Assembly: GCA_002477545.1 (NCBI GenBank)
Contig: DLQJ01000021.1
Coordinates: forward strand, 1-60,750
Length of the DNA: 60,750 nucleotides
Origin: Patescibacteria group bacterium UBA7435
GTDB taxonomy: Bacteria > Patescibacteriota > Minisyncoccia > Phycocordibacterales > UBA918
Reading direction: 5' to 3'
A program made the position numbers and the translations under genes. This document shows positions 39,633 through 49,388 of the stretch, in pieces (position 1 is the stretch's first letter; each line of letters opens with the position of its first letter). The notes under the pieces were generated by a model. It worked only from the letters and a program-made list of their open reading frames with translations. It searched no databases and had not been told where the DNA came from.

Positions 39633-40574
39633 TTAATCAAATATCTTAATTAAATATGAGTCGATTTCTCTCTGCTCCCAATCGTAAAATGTATCTCCTT
39701 TCCGTTCTAGATCTTTAGCAAGGTCAGTTCCTACAAATCGCCAATGCCATGGTTCAAACACGTAGTATTGATTATCTTCTGCGTAGGAGAGAGTGAAGCC
39801 GTATTTGTGTGCGTTATCAAGCATCCATTCATATGCTTCGGTATTTTCAAACCCTGTAAGTCCGCCACTTAGGCCCGAGGTGGTGAAGTCGATAGTGGTT
39901 CCCAGTTGATGTTCTGAGAATCCTTGGTCAGCAGAAAATGCATTTGCTCCTGACCCATACGTGATGGTGTATGCTCCTTTAAGTTGTGCTTGGGTATCAA
40001 ACGAACGGTATGCGGATGCAACCCAGAGGTCGATACCGTCATCTTTAGCATCCTCCAGCATTTCTTCAAAGAAAGGCATTACTTTACTATGCAGTGCGTT
40101 AGGTTTGTCCTCGGAATATTTCCAGTCATCATCTATTTCCTTAGTACTTTCTGGAACGTAGTGTTCATTAAGAAATGATACTTTTGAATATTTTTGTAAA
40201 AGCTCTTCGTCAGTTTTTGAAAGTTTATCTAATACGCCAAGTGTGCTCGACAGGTCATCGAGCTGATCTTCAAAATGGTCGTTCTTATTCTTTTCTTTTC
40301 GGTAGTCGTCTTCTAGATCGTCTAGATCTTCTTGGGTGAGATCAAGCGTTTCTTGTAGTGCAAGAATGGTATTTTTTGCTTCAGTGAGTTGTTCTTCAAC
40401 GGTTTGCTTCTCCCCAATAACAGATTCTTTTTCGCTTGAGAGCGTTGTCAGAGAATCTTTAAGTGTTTGTGTTTGGTATATAAAATATCCTGCAGTAATT
40501 AAGAGAACGATAAGTCCTACTAATAAGCCGGTGCTGAGATAGTGGTGATGTAAAAGCCCTTTCTTTTTAGTCAT
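39633..40574 (-). CDS. VanY-like D,D-carboxypeptidase (M15B) with TM anchor and coiled coil
   Basis: SAYRS...Q, SEHQLGTTIDF, EPWHWRFVG. Confidence 0.9.
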   Translation of the reverse strand: MTKKKGLLHHHYLSTGLLVGLIVLLITAGYFIYQTQTLKDSLTTLSSEKESVIGEKQTVEEQLTEAKNTILALQETLDLTQEDLDDLEDDYRKEKNKNDHFEDQLDDLSSTLGVLDKLSKTDEELLQKYSKVSFLNEHYVPESTKEIDDDWKYSEDKPNALHSKVMPFFEEMLEDAKDDGIDLWVASAYRSFDTQAQLKGAYTITYGSGANAFSADQGFSEHQLGTTIDFTTSGLSGGLTGFENTEAYEWMLDNAHKYGFTLSYAEDNQYYVFEPWHWRFVGTDLAKDLERKGDTFYDWEQREIDSYLIKIFD

Positions 40575-40605
40575 AGTGCATAGATTCTACCATTTTCGGT
40601 CTTTG

Positions 40606-40803
40606 CGTCCAGCAATTTGCCCAAGGACAGAACGAATTGGGAGATACACCACAATGGTCTTTCCATTTTTAATTTGCTGATGTTCATAAGAAAAATTGAT
40701 CATTTCAAAATAGTCGTTGCACTCCCTACGGAAGCTGTTCAGGTTGTCGCTCTAAAGAGCTGGCACCCTCTTGAGAAGTGACGTTAAGTCACTTCTCACC
40801 TTT
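40606..40803 (-). repeat. Composite palindromic element B3+A3 on the minus strand
   Basis: Reverse complement reads ggtgagaagtgac..gtcacttctcaagagggtgcca..gacaacctgaacagcttccgtagggag-tgcaacgactatt...caattcg..gggcaaattgctggac. Confidence 0.82.
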
Positions 40804-41164
40804 GTTCATTCACTAAGATTCCTACACCAAGGGCCGGATGTGAATGGTCACATCCGGTTCTTGAAGTGGGAATGTATACAAAAAAGCCCCCGAACCTGTG
40901 GATTGGGGGCTTTTTTGAAATTCGTTACGCAGCCTGAGGACATTGTAGGCGAATTATTTTGTGAAGAATATAACCGTTTGACATGGTACCTCCGAGTCAA
41001 AGAAGTTGTATTCGGTTGTTGTGTTGATGCGCTCATAACATTGCTCACATCTTACTCTTTATGACGTATGAAACTACAATTTCTTTCACGTTTTTGTCTA
41101 TATTGCCGCAGGAGCTTATTTGTGGTATTTTACGCAGGTTATTAGGTAATTCTGAAATATAACA

Positions 41165-41665
41165 ATGTCAGAAGAAAATATGCCAGCAATCGAAGTAAGT
41201 GAGCGTAACAGCTATGAACTTGCTTTCCACGTACTTCCAACGGTTGCTGAAGGGGAAGTCGCCGGTGTTTTTGATGCAATCAAAACACTTATTACTACAA
41301 ACGGAGGTGAACTCGTAACCGAGGAAGCTCCAGATCGATTCGATCTTGCATACGAAGTGATTAAGCACATCGATGGGAAGAATCGTAAATTTACCAGTGC
41401 ATACTTCGGGTGGGTTCGGTTCGTAAATGAACCAGAAGCTATCGAAGCTATCATGGAAGCGATGGATGCAAACACATCATTGCTACGACACCTACTTATT
41501 AAACTAAGTAAAGTGGAAGAAGCTGAACCGTTCATGCTCCACGAAGCATTAGAATCACAGAAGATGGTTTCTACAGTTGATGAAGCTCCTAAGAAAGAAG
41601 CTCCAAAAGCTGAAGAAGTAAAGGAGGAAGCTAAAACTGAAGAAACTGTTCCTGAAGATAAATAA
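41165..41665 (+). CDS. rpsF: 30S ribosomal protein S6
   Basis: YEL.F, LAY.., AYFGW..F, LLRHL; upstream of ssb-rpsR. Confidence 0.88.
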   Translation: MSEENMPAIEVSERNSYELAFHVLPTVAEGEVAGVFDAIKTLITTNGGELVTEEAPDRFDLAYEVIKHIDGKNRKFTSAYFGWVRFVNEPEAIEAIMEAMDANTSLLRHLLIKLSKVEEAEPFMLHEALESQKMVSTVDEAPKKEAPKAEEVKEEAKTEETVPEDK

Positions 41666-41667
41666 AG

Positions 41668-41813
41668 AAAGGAGCGCAAGCGACTATTCTGAATTTATGT
41701 CCTGATTTTTTCTCACTTGAGTGAGAAAGTGTTTAAACACTTTCGCAAGAGGTTACCAGTTATTTTTAAATAACAATAACCTGAACAGTTCCTGTAAGGA
41801 AAATCACTGGACG
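41668..41813 (+). repeat. Element A4 with element B4 (41719-41801) nested in its hairpin loop
   Basis: A head aaggagcgcaagcgactattctgaatttatgtcc, stem tgattt/aaatca, tail ctggacg; a full B copy lies inside. Confidence 0.85.
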
Positions 41814-41858
41814 CCAACAAATAAAATGCAATCTTTTATCTAGCGTAATCAAAATTCT

Positions 41859-42308
41859 ATGTTCCTTAACAAGGCAATGATCTACGGAAATCTCACACGA
41901 GATCCAGAAATGAAAGCACTCCCAAGCGGTATGAACGTTACATCGTTCTCACTTGCGACTAATCGTCGATACAAGGACCGTGACGGTAATTACCAAGACG
42001 CAGCTGACTATCACAATATTGTGGTATTTGGCCGTCAGGCTGAGACAAGTGCACAGTATCTGAAGAAGGGTTCAAGCGCATACGTTGAAGGACGTATCCA
42101 GACACGTTCTTGGGAAAAAGATGGTGTGAAGCAATACCGTACAGAGATCGTTGCTGAACGAGTACAGTTCGGGCCAAAGAGTGCAGGTGGAGGAGGGGAA
42201 GCTGGAGCATCAGCTCCAGCTCAGGCAGCTTCACCAGTTGAAGCAGCGACGCCTGCGGCGCCGGAGTATCCTGAAGAAGACATTAACCCAGAGGACATAC
42301 CATTTTAA
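41859..42308 (+). CDS. ssb: Single-stranded DNA-binding protein
   Basis: LNK..I.GNLTRDPE, VEGRIQTRSW, C-terminal DIPF. Confidence 0.97.
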   Translation: MFLNKAMIYGNLTRDPEMKALPSGMNVTSFSLATNRRYKDRDGNYQDAADYHNIVVFGRQAETSAQYLKKGSSAYVEGRIQTRSWEKDGVKQYRTEIVAERVQFGPKSAGGGGEAGASAPAQAASPVEAATPAAPEYPEEDINPEDIPF

Positions 42309-42343
42309 ATTGAAAAAAACTTTATTAGCTAAGAAAAACTAAA

Positions 42344-42550
42344 ATGACAGATGAAAAAACAGTGAAGCAATCACCAAATCCAAACCACGTTGACTACAAA
42401 GACATCATGCGTTTGAAAGCGAACATCAACCCGCACGCACGTATGTACAACCGACGTCGTACAGGAATGACTGCAAAGGCACAGCGAAATTTCGCGCGAG
42501 CTATCAAGCGAGCACGATTTATGGCTTTGGTACCATACGTAAGTGAGTAA
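42344..42550 (+). CDS. rpsR: 30S ribosomal protein S18
   Basis: VDYKD, RR.TG..AK.QR..ARAIKRARFMAL.PY. Confidence 0.94.
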   Translation: MTDEKTVKQSPNPNHVDYKDIMRLKANINPHARMYNRRRTGMTAKAQRNFARAIKRARFMALVPYVSE

Positions 42551-42677
42551 CTAAAAGTTCTAAAATATGCTCAATCTACTTCGTTGGACTGCAGTAATTT
42601 TTCTCTCACCATACGCAAGTATGGTTCAAGAAAAATTCTTTGTCCTCCTCGTATCTCGGGCATCTTTAAGACTTTAG
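42551..42677. repeat. Palindromic element family C, copy C3
   Basis: tacttcgttggac...catacgcaagtatg...gtcctcctcgta core with imperfect outer arms. Confidence 0.78.
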
Positions 42678-42779
42678 GGGTGAGTAAAACAGATTGTGTG
42701 ACAGTATGTTCCATAATCTAAAAGAAATAACCACAGGCATTGCCTGTGGTTATTTCTTTACCTGTCATGACTTGAAGAT

Positions 42780-43355
42780 TTATGCTTTAGAAACCCTTTC
42801 CGAGTACTGGCCACTTTCAGTATTAATTGCTACAACATCACCTTCGTTGATGAACATAGGTGCAAATACAACGTATCCAGTTTCAAGGGTAACTTCTTTG
42901 GTTGCACCGCTTGAGGTGTTTCCCTTAACGGCATCCATAGCCTCGGCTACCTTAAGCTCCACTTTGATGGGGGTGCTCACACTCATGATGTCATCGTTGA
43001 ATACGATTGCTTCAACAATACTGTTTTCCACAACATAATTACCTAGTGCACCTACAACATCCTCACCAAAGCTAAATCGATCACTAGGGTTTTCAGGAGG
43101 GCAGAAGAAGTATTCGCCTTTGTTTGCGTAGAGGAATTTCACGTCTTTCTTTTCAATGTGTGCTTCAGCAAGAACATCAGCTTGGTGGAAGGTTCGATCC
43201 ACAACACCGCCAGTTCGAAGATTTTTCATTTTTACTGCGTTACTGGCTTTCTGCCGGTCTTTCTTAGAAATGCTTGAAGTAAGCACGAGGTAAGGATCGT
43301 TGTCCATTACCACGGTACGTTTTGGGAGTATTTGGTTGTATTCTACCTTAGCCAC
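42780..43355 (-). CDS. efp: Elongation factor P
   Basis: K.KNL.TG, FLY, VKGNTSSG.TK..TLETG...P.FINEGD...INT..G.Y.ER. Confidence 0.9.
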   Translation of the reverse strand: MAKVEYNQILPKRTVVMDNDPYLVLTSSISKKDRQKASNAVKMKNLRTGGVVDRTFHQADVLAEAHIEKKDVKFLYANKGEYFFCPPENPSDRFSFGEDVVGALGNYVVENSIVEAIVFNDDIMSVSTPIKVELKVAEAMDAVKGNTSSGATKEVTLETGYVVFAPMFINEGDVVAINTESGQYSERVSKA

Positions 43356-43426
43356 AGTATGTAATGATTAGATCCTCTAAAATAATATCTATTTTATAAC
43401 AGATTGCACCCCAAACTCCAAATACT

Positions 43427-43451
43427 GCAACTATATAGAATTCTGTAGAGT
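43427..43451 (+). promoter_or_regulatory. Putative ECF sigma-dependent promoter
   Basis: GCAAC-N16-GAGT upstream of the sigma gene; twin site at 44659-44683. Confidence 0.55.
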
Positions 43452-43467
43452 GGTAGTATGTATGTAC

Positions 43468-44064
43468 ATGTTAGGTTTTTCTACTACTGAAAATGCGAAG
43501 GAGTTGACTGATGAGGAGATTTTACAACGCTCACGGAAGGAGCCGTGGATTTACGCGGTACTGCTTGATCGGTATCAGGCTCCATTTATGCGCAAGGCGT
43601 TGAGTATCGTTCGTAATGAACTCGATGCTGAGGAGGTTGTGCAAGATGCGTTTACGAAGATTTATATGAATGCGGATAAGTTTGTGCCCCAGGAAGGAGC
43701 GAAGTTTAGTTCATGGGCGTATCGTATTTTAATGAATACAGCGTTTACGCGATATCAGAAGAAGGTGAAAGAGGGGCAACGGTTTGTGAATATTGATCCT
43801 GAATATGAACACATGGTAGGGGACGGCATTGAGCACTCGTCATTGCGCGAGCGGGAGGATGCAATTGAGCGGGTGCTTGCGCGTATGCCAGGGCACTTTG
43901 TTTATGTGTTACGTCTGCACTACCTGGAGCGTTGGCCACATCAGTCGATTGCAAATGAGACAGGGGAGACGGTAGGGACAGTGAAGGCACGAATTCATCG
44001 TGCGAAAGCAGCTTTCCGGAAAGAAGTGGGGGATGATGAGGCAGTAACGTTGTTGAGTGATTAA
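43468..44064 (+). CDS. ECF RNA polymerase sigma factor
   Basis: DAEEVVQDAF, FSSWAYRI..N, region 4 IA...G...GTVK.RIHRA. Confidence 0.92.
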   Translation: MLGFSTTENAKELTDEEILQRSRKEPWIYAVLLDRYQAPFMRKALSIVRNELDAEEVVQDAFTKIYMNADKFVPQEGAKFSSWAYRILMNTAFTRYQKKVKEGQRFVNIDPEYEHMVGDGIEHSSLREREDAIERVLARMPGHFVYVLRLHYLERWPHQSIANETGETVGTVKARIHRAKAAFRKEVGDDEAVTLLSD

Positions 44065-44065
44065 T

Positions 44066-44662
44066 ATGAAGCAAGTGCCTCAAGAAAAAAATATATTACA
44101 CTTTGAACAGATTGCTCAAAATATATATAAAGTACTCGATACCCTACAACGAGCGGGATGGGTTGATCATGGTGTTAAAAATCCTGAGTCAGTTAAGGAA
44201 CATACTATTGCTCTGCTTGAACTTGCTATTGAGATGGAGGATGAGTTATCTGAAGAAGAGAAGTTTGGACTACTTGAAATGCTTGAAGTGCATGACTGGC
44301 CAGAAGCACTCCACGGAGATGAGATTATTCTTGAGCTAAAAGAAGGCGAACAAAATCAAGCGAAAGAAACTAAATTTAAAAATGAGAAGCGTGCTCTTCA
44401 GGAGTTATGTAAAGATATGCCGAACAGAGAAGATATTATGGACCTTTGGTTAAGATTTGAATCTTCGGATGACCCTGCTGCATCATTTGGGAGAGAGCTT
44501 GATAAGTATCAGTCTGTAGAGAAGGCACTGGAGTACGAAGAAGAACAGGGGATTGCTTTATTTGAAGAATTTTTGAAATACTCTATTAACTTCATTAGTC
44601 ACCCCGTGTTACTTAAAAGAATTGAGGATCTACAAAGCAAGCATGATTCCTTGCGTCCGTAA
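44066..44662 (+). CDS. HD-domain protein (YfbR/HDDC2-like nucleotidase family)
   Basis: L.R.GW, ESV.EH, HD..EA..GD, ELDK. Confidence 0.82.
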   Translation: MKQVPQEKNILHFEQIAQNIYKVLDTLQRAGWVDHGVKNPESVKEHTIALLELAIEMEDELSEEEKFGLLEMLEVHDWPEALHGDEIILELKEGEQNQAKETKFKNEKRALQELCKDMPNREDIMDLWLRFESSDDPAASFGRELDKYQSVEKALEYEEEQGIALFEEFLKYSINFISHPVLLKRIEDLQSKHDSLRP

Positions 44663-44683
44663 CCTTTTTGTAGCGCACTGAGT
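44659..44683 (+). promoter_or_regulatory. Putative ECF sigma-dependent promoter
   Basis: GTAAC-N16-GAGT. Confidence 0.55.
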
Positions 44684-44741
44684 ATTAATAAGTGCTCTAT
44701 TAAATGAAGATGGGAGTGTTGTACAAACAAATAGTTATTAT

Positions 44742-45065
44742 ATGAAATCAGCAAATCAACTTAAACGACGAATTATGCGGCGGGTGTATTACACCTTTGG
44801 GATTCGTGTTGCGACACACGCAACAACTATGCATTTGGCGGTGTTGGTTGGTTCTGTGTATGCGCTGGGGTACTTTGTGCATGTTGCGGCGGTGTACCGG
44901 AATGTGACGAGTATTCCACTAAGCGACGCTGCTGGGTATCTTGCAAATGCTGTATTGCATACGGAAGGTATTACCATGGTGGTGCTTGGTGCGGTTACAT
45001 TAGCTGCGCTATCGCTTCCAATGAGTTTACCTCGGTTTAAACAACAAGGGATGCAAGCAGTGTAG
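44742..45065 (+). CDS. Small membrane protein, candidate anti-sigma factor
   Basis: Basic N-terminus (LKRRIMRRV) plus two TM helices; downstream of the ECF gene. Confidence 0.6.
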   Translation: MKSANQLKRRIMRRVYYTFGIRVATHATTMHLAVLVGSVYALGYFVHVAAVYRNVTSIPLSDAAGYLANAVLHTEGITMVVLGAVTLAALSLPMSLPRFKQQGMQAV

Positions 45066-45344
45066 ACGAATGATTCAGAATACGAACAAAACGTTAAGAA
45101 AACAGTCCTCAGGACTGTTTTCTAGTTTTGTTAAGCGGAGCCATGTTTTTATTATTTCTAATATACAAAACAGACGAGCTCAGGAACTTCAATAGTCTGG
45201 GAGACTGTTGAAGTTCCTTGTAAATTGTATTGAATTAGAAACTTGACCCCAAAGTAGATCGCGACAAAAAACCGATGCCTTTAGCATCGGTTTTTTGTGT
45301 ACGTTAGATTGCTTCGATTGCGATCTCGCAAAGGCGGGGCGGTT

Positions 45345-46454
45345 TTACTTCGTATCTTCTTTCATGCTCTTACGGATATTTTTCAACAACTCATTAGTTA
45401 GTTTCTTGTCAGCTTTTAGGGTCTTTCGAGCCGCATCGTATCCTCGACCTAGTTTTACAATAGTAGACTCATCTCCTCCTGGGGGAGTATATGAGTATGA
45501 CGCGCCTGCCTTGGCTACCATGCCGAACTTCTCTCCTAGTGCCAGAAGTTCTCCTTCTCGTGAGATTCCTTCTCCGTAGATGAGGTCGAACTCAGTGGTT
45601 CTAAACGGTGCGGCTACCTTATTTTTTACAACCTTCACGCGGTGTCGTCCTCCTACTACTTCGTCACCTTTCTTGATCTGTGCAATACGTCGGATATCCA
45701 TTCGTACTGAAGTGTAGAACTTGAGCGCCTTTCCTCCCGGTGTTGTTTCAGGGTTACCAAACATTACACCAATCTGCATACGGATTTGGTTAATGAAGAT
45801 TACTGAGGTTTTGCCCTTAGCGACGATTGCAGTGAGTTTTCGTAGTGCCTGACTCATCAAACGTGCTTGCTTTCCTACATGGTGCGCTCCCATTTCTCCT
45901 TCGATTTCGTCTTTTGGTGTTAGGGCAGCAACGGAGTCAATTACGATAACATCAATTTTTCCACTTCGTACTAGAGACTCTACGATCTCAAGGGCTTGTT
46001 CCCCAGTGTCTGGCTGTGAGATAAGTAACTCATCGAGCTTTACGCCGATGTTTTTTGCGTACTCTGGGTCCATTGCGTGCTCAGCATCGATAAATGCACA
46101 GATACCGCCTTCTTTCTGCGCTTCAGCAATAGCATGCAGTGAAAGCGTAGTCTTCCCAGAAGATTCCGGTCCGTAAATTTCGATGATACGCCCGCGGGGG
46201 ATACCGCCGATACCAAGAGCGTCATCAAGACCGATTGATCCTGTTGAGATTGCGTCGATATCTACGTGTTTAGTTTCGTCCAGTGTCATGATGACCTCGT
46301 CACCAAACTTGGTCTTGAGGCTTCGGAGTGTTTCAGAAATGTCTTTTGAGTGTTTGGTTTCTTCTTTCTTGGCTACCTTTGGGGTAGTGCTAGTGTCTTC
46401 GATTTTTTCTTCTACTTTCTTTGGTACTGCTTTCGCTGCTTTTTTGATTGCCAT
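45345..46454 (-). CDS. recA: Recombinase RecA
   Basis: [41 protein letters not shown]. Confidence 0.98.
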   Translation of the reverse strand: MAIKKAAKAVPKKVEEKIEDTSTTPKVAKKEETKHSKDISETLRSLKTKFGDEVIMTLDETKHVDIDAISTGSIGLDDALGIGGIPRGRIIEIYGPESSGKTTLSLHAIAEAQKEGGICAFIDAEHAMDPEYAKNIGVKLDELLISQPDTGEQALEIVESLVRSGKIDVIVIDSVAALTPKDEIEGEMGAHHVGKQARLMSQALRKLTAIVAKGKTSVIFINQIRMQIGVMFGNPETTPGGKALKFYTSVRMDIRRIAQIKKGDEVVGGRHRVKVVKNKVAAPFRTTEFDLIYGEGISREGELLALGEKFGMVAKAGASYSYTPPGGDESTIVKLGRGYDAARKTLKADKKLTNELLKNIRKSMKEDTK

Positions 46455-46529
46455 AAGTATTATAATTTTAGTGACTACATTCTATCATGTTGGTGAACGA
46501 ACGTACACCAAGTGCTGTGTGGAAATCTA

Positions 46530-46904
46530 TTAAGTTTCGGGATGGGTATATACGAATTCTTGAGTATATGAACGTGACCTCCCGTATCGGTCGTGCGCTT
46601 GTAATGTTGCTACAGTATATCCGTTCTCGAGAATAAGTGCCTCCTTGAAATATCCATTTTTATCTGTATAAATTTGTCTTCCGTTGAGGGTGATGCGTAC
46701 AATATTTTCAGCTGTACCCTCAAGAGTGATGAGGCGTTCATTTTGCACTACTCCAGGTTCGTTGCTGAAGGTTACGTTCGGTCCAGCCAGAAGAAATCGT
46801 GCTTGAAAGAGGGCGTATCCAATAAACAAACATGCCAAAAGAGTAAGACCTGTGTAATAGAGTACCCCGCGAAAGGTGATTGTTTTGTAGATAATGGGGG
46901 ACAT
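46530..46904 (-). CDS. Membrane-anchored Ig-like domain protein
   Basis: Single TM, then I.LNG......G.F...L.L..G pattern. Confidence 0.7.
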   Translation of the reverse strand: MSPIIYKTITFRGVLYYTGLTLLACLFIGYALFQARFLLAGPNVTFSNEPGVVQNERLITLEGTAENIVRITLNGRQIYTDKNGYFKEALILENGYTVATLQAHDRYGRSRSYTQEFVYTHPET

Positions 46905-46910
46905 GATTGA

Positions 46911-49106
46911 TTACGTATACTGTGAATCGTCTTCCTCAGGTTCGTCGCCTGCTCCCATGTCAGAAATAAGGATGTCACGCGCCTTCGATCCGTCCTGTGG
47001 ACCAATGACACCTTTGTCTTCCAGAAGGTCCATTAATCGTGCTGCACGAGAGTACCCCACACGTAGTTTCCTCTGGAGGTATGACGTGGATGCCTTTCCG
47101 GCGTCGACTACTGCCTGCCTGGCGTCGTCGTAGAGATCGTCACTTTCCTCATCATCTGCCATGGAACTGAAGAATGCATCGGGATTACTTCCTTCACTGT
47201 CGCCATCAAGATCGATTGAGTCCAGCTCTTGCGCACTGTCCTGCTTGGTTAGGTAATCTACAACGTTCTTAAGTTCCTCTTCAGAGATGTATGCTGATTG
47301 TAGTCGTATTGGTTTTGAAAGTTCACCTGAGAGGAATAGGGTATCTCCAGCACCGAGGAGTTTTTCAGCCCCTACTTGGTCAAGAATAGTCCGTGAGTCG
47401 ATCTGTGAGGCTACTTGTAGTGCAATTCGGCTTGGAATATTTGCCTTGATGGTTCCTGTAATAACGTTTACTGAGGGTCGCTGTGTTGCAAGCAAGAGGT
47501 GGATACCAACAGCTCGACTCATCTGTGCCAAACGCACGATTGATGCTTCAAGTTCTCGTGGGTATGCCTGCATAAGGTCAGCCAACTCATCCATAACGAT
47601 AACGATATAGGGAAGTGGTTCAGGCAGCTCGTCTTTTTCTTCTTCGGGCTCTCCGTCTTTGATGAATTTCTCTTTTGCTGGTTTGTAGATGTTGTCGTGG
47701 TACGAACCGATATCTCGAACTTTTTCAGATTGTAGAATATCGTAGCGTCGTTCCATTTCTTTAATTGCCCATTTTAGGGACAAGATCGCCTTTTTTGCAT
47801 CAGTGATTACTGGTGTAAGAAGGTGAGGGATGCCATCATAGAGAGTCAATTCTACTCGTTTTGGGTCAACCATGATAAATCGAAGTTGTTCTGGTGAGTT
47901 CCTATATAGGAGTGAGGTAACAATTGCGTGGATAGTTACTGACTTACCTGAGCCAGTAGTTCCTGCAATGAGTCCATGCGGCATTTTTGCGACATTGGCA
48001 AAATGCGCTTTTCCGGTGATATCACGACCCAGAGCAACTTGTAGTGGTTTTGGTGAATCGGTGTACTCGGGTGAGGTAAGAAGTGACGCAAGTCCGATCA
48101 TTGCCTTTTGTGTGTTTGGTACTTCAATACCCACTAATGACTTTCCAGGGATCGGTGCCTCAATACGAATAGGGGACGCTGCCAAGGCTAGTTCAAGGTT
48201 GTTCTGCAAGCCGACAATTTTTGAAATACGTACTCCTTCTGCTGGCTTTAGTGCATAACGTGTTACTGATGGTCCGATGGATACTTCGTCCATTTCGACA
48301 TCGATCTTAAAGTTTTTAAGCGTTCGCTTAATGATGTTCGCATTTGCTTTAACATCTCCTACTTTCGCTTTCCCTTTATCTTTTTGCAGGAGGGACAAAG
48401 GGGGAGGTGCGTAGGTCCCAACAAAGTTAGATACAGCAAATTCAGTATCCTTCGTAAGTCCAAGTCGTTCGGTAACTGTCTTTGATTTTTTAGCCGGTTT
48501 CTCTGCTTCTTCCTCTTCGGGATCTTCCTCAGGTTCTTCACCTAGTTCTGTATCTTCAGGGATCTCGAGTTGTTCAATATCAGCATCTCCTTCGAAGTCT
48601 TCTTTTTCCTTTTTCTTTAAGAAGTTTGGCATGTGCAGTCCTGTGTTGAAGGTAAGGAAAACACCCACTAAGAGAATGGCGCTAAGCACTACACTAGTAG
48701 CAAGGTTACCCAGTAGGTAGGCAAGTGGTGCTTCAAGCAACCATCCGGCAACCCCTCCGGCACCTTCACTTGAGAGCGTAAGGAATCCGAGCATGGTGAT
48801 GAACAGTAGTGCGATACCAATGATCTTTGAGGTGCTTACTTCTTCATCTTCTTTGGGGTTGAGTAATGCATATACATAGAATCCGCACACGAAAGGTGCG
48901 AGGTATGCTCCTCCTCCAAAGAGCCAGCCCAACGCATCATTTGCCCAGCCCCCGACCATTCCTGCAAAGTCGAATAATGCGAGTGTAATAAAGATGCCCA
49001 ATACGACGAATCCTACTGCACCGATTGCTTGTTTGGCGTGTGGTGAGAGGTCGTCAAAAAAAGGTTGTCGTTCTGATTTTTTGGATTTTTTCTGTTTTTT
49101 TGCCAT
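46911..49106 (-). CDS. ftsK: DNA translocase FtsK
   Basis: N-terminal TMs; GTTGSGKS, DPKRVEL, DELADLM, ATQRPS, gamma domain LQRKLRVGYSRAAR. Confidence 0.96.
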   Translation of the reverse strand: MAKKQKKSKKSERQPFFDDLSPHAKQAIGAVGFVVLGIFITLALFDFAGMVGGWANDALGWLFGGGAYLAPFVCGFYVYALLNPKEDEEVSTSKIIGIALLFITMLGFLTLSSEGAGGVAGWLLEAPLAYLLGNLATSVVLSAILLVGVFLTFNTGLHMPNFLKKKEKEDFEGDADIEQLEIPEDTELGEEPEEDPEEEEAEKPAKKSKTVTERLGLTKDTEFAVSNFVGTYAPPPLSLLQKDKGKAKVGDVKANANIIKRTLKNFKIDVEMDEVSIGPSVTRYALKPAEGVRISKIVGLQNNLELALAASPIRIEAPIPGKSLVGIEVPNTQKAMIGLASLLTSPEYTDSPKPLQVALGRDITGKAHFANVAKMPHGLIAGTTGSGKSVTIHAIVTSLLYRNSPEQLRFIMVDPKRVELTLYDGIPHLLTPVITDAKKAILSLKWAIKEMERRYDILQSEKVRDIGSYHDNIYKPAKEKFIKDGEPEEEKDELPEPLPYIVIVMDELADLMQAYPRELEASIVRLAQMSRAVGIHLLLATQRPSVNVITGTIKANIPSRIALQVASQIDSRTILDQVGAEKLLGAGDTLFLSGELSKPIRLQSAYISEEELKNVVDYLTKQDSAQELDSIDLDGDSEGSNPDAFFSSMADDEESDDLYDDARQAVVDAGKASTSYLQRKLRVGYSRAARLMDLLEDKGVIGPQDGSKARDILISDMGAGDEPEEDDSQYT

Positions 49107-49121
49107 CAAATTAAGTGAACT

Positions 49122-49188
49122 AAAGAGCGTAGCGATTGTAGTGAACTTAGTTCCGAATTCGGCCCTCCCTAGGGCGAATTCTTGGAAC
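49122..49188 (+). repeat. Palindromic element family A, copy A5 (antisense in the ftsK leader)
   Basis: aaagagcgtagcgattgtagtgaacttagttcc-gaattcg..cgaattc-ttggaac; closest to A7. Confidence 0.75.
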
Positions 49189-49388
49189 AATAGATCTTAC
49201 TGGTGCTGCACAGTTAATAAATAGAATATACTTACATTTTACCATGCGTCTAATACAACCGCACGGTGTTTAACGGCTGTAAATAAAGCTATAAGTCATT
49301 TGTATAGGACTTGCAAGTCTCTTAAAAAAGTATATAGTACATTATAGATTGTCCTAAAGAAATTTAGAAGCTATTAAGGACACACACT

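Noticed and set aside
40848-41064. Short ORFs upstream of rpsF and at 12498-12707
   Set aside because: They cross terminator hairpins, carry no recognisable motifs and have insufficient support.
41780-41803. Family B as a hammerhead ribozyme (CTGAACAG-stem-GAA)
   Set aside because: The core needs CUGANGA and GAAA; the copies have CUGAACA and no consistent GAAA, stem III or cleavage triplet.
49107-49190. N-terminal extension of FtsK and similar over-long starts (1905, 19824, 20175, 23387, 31118, 37496, 53521)
   Set aside because: The extensions run through repeats, terminators or neighbouring genes; better ATG starts lie downstream.
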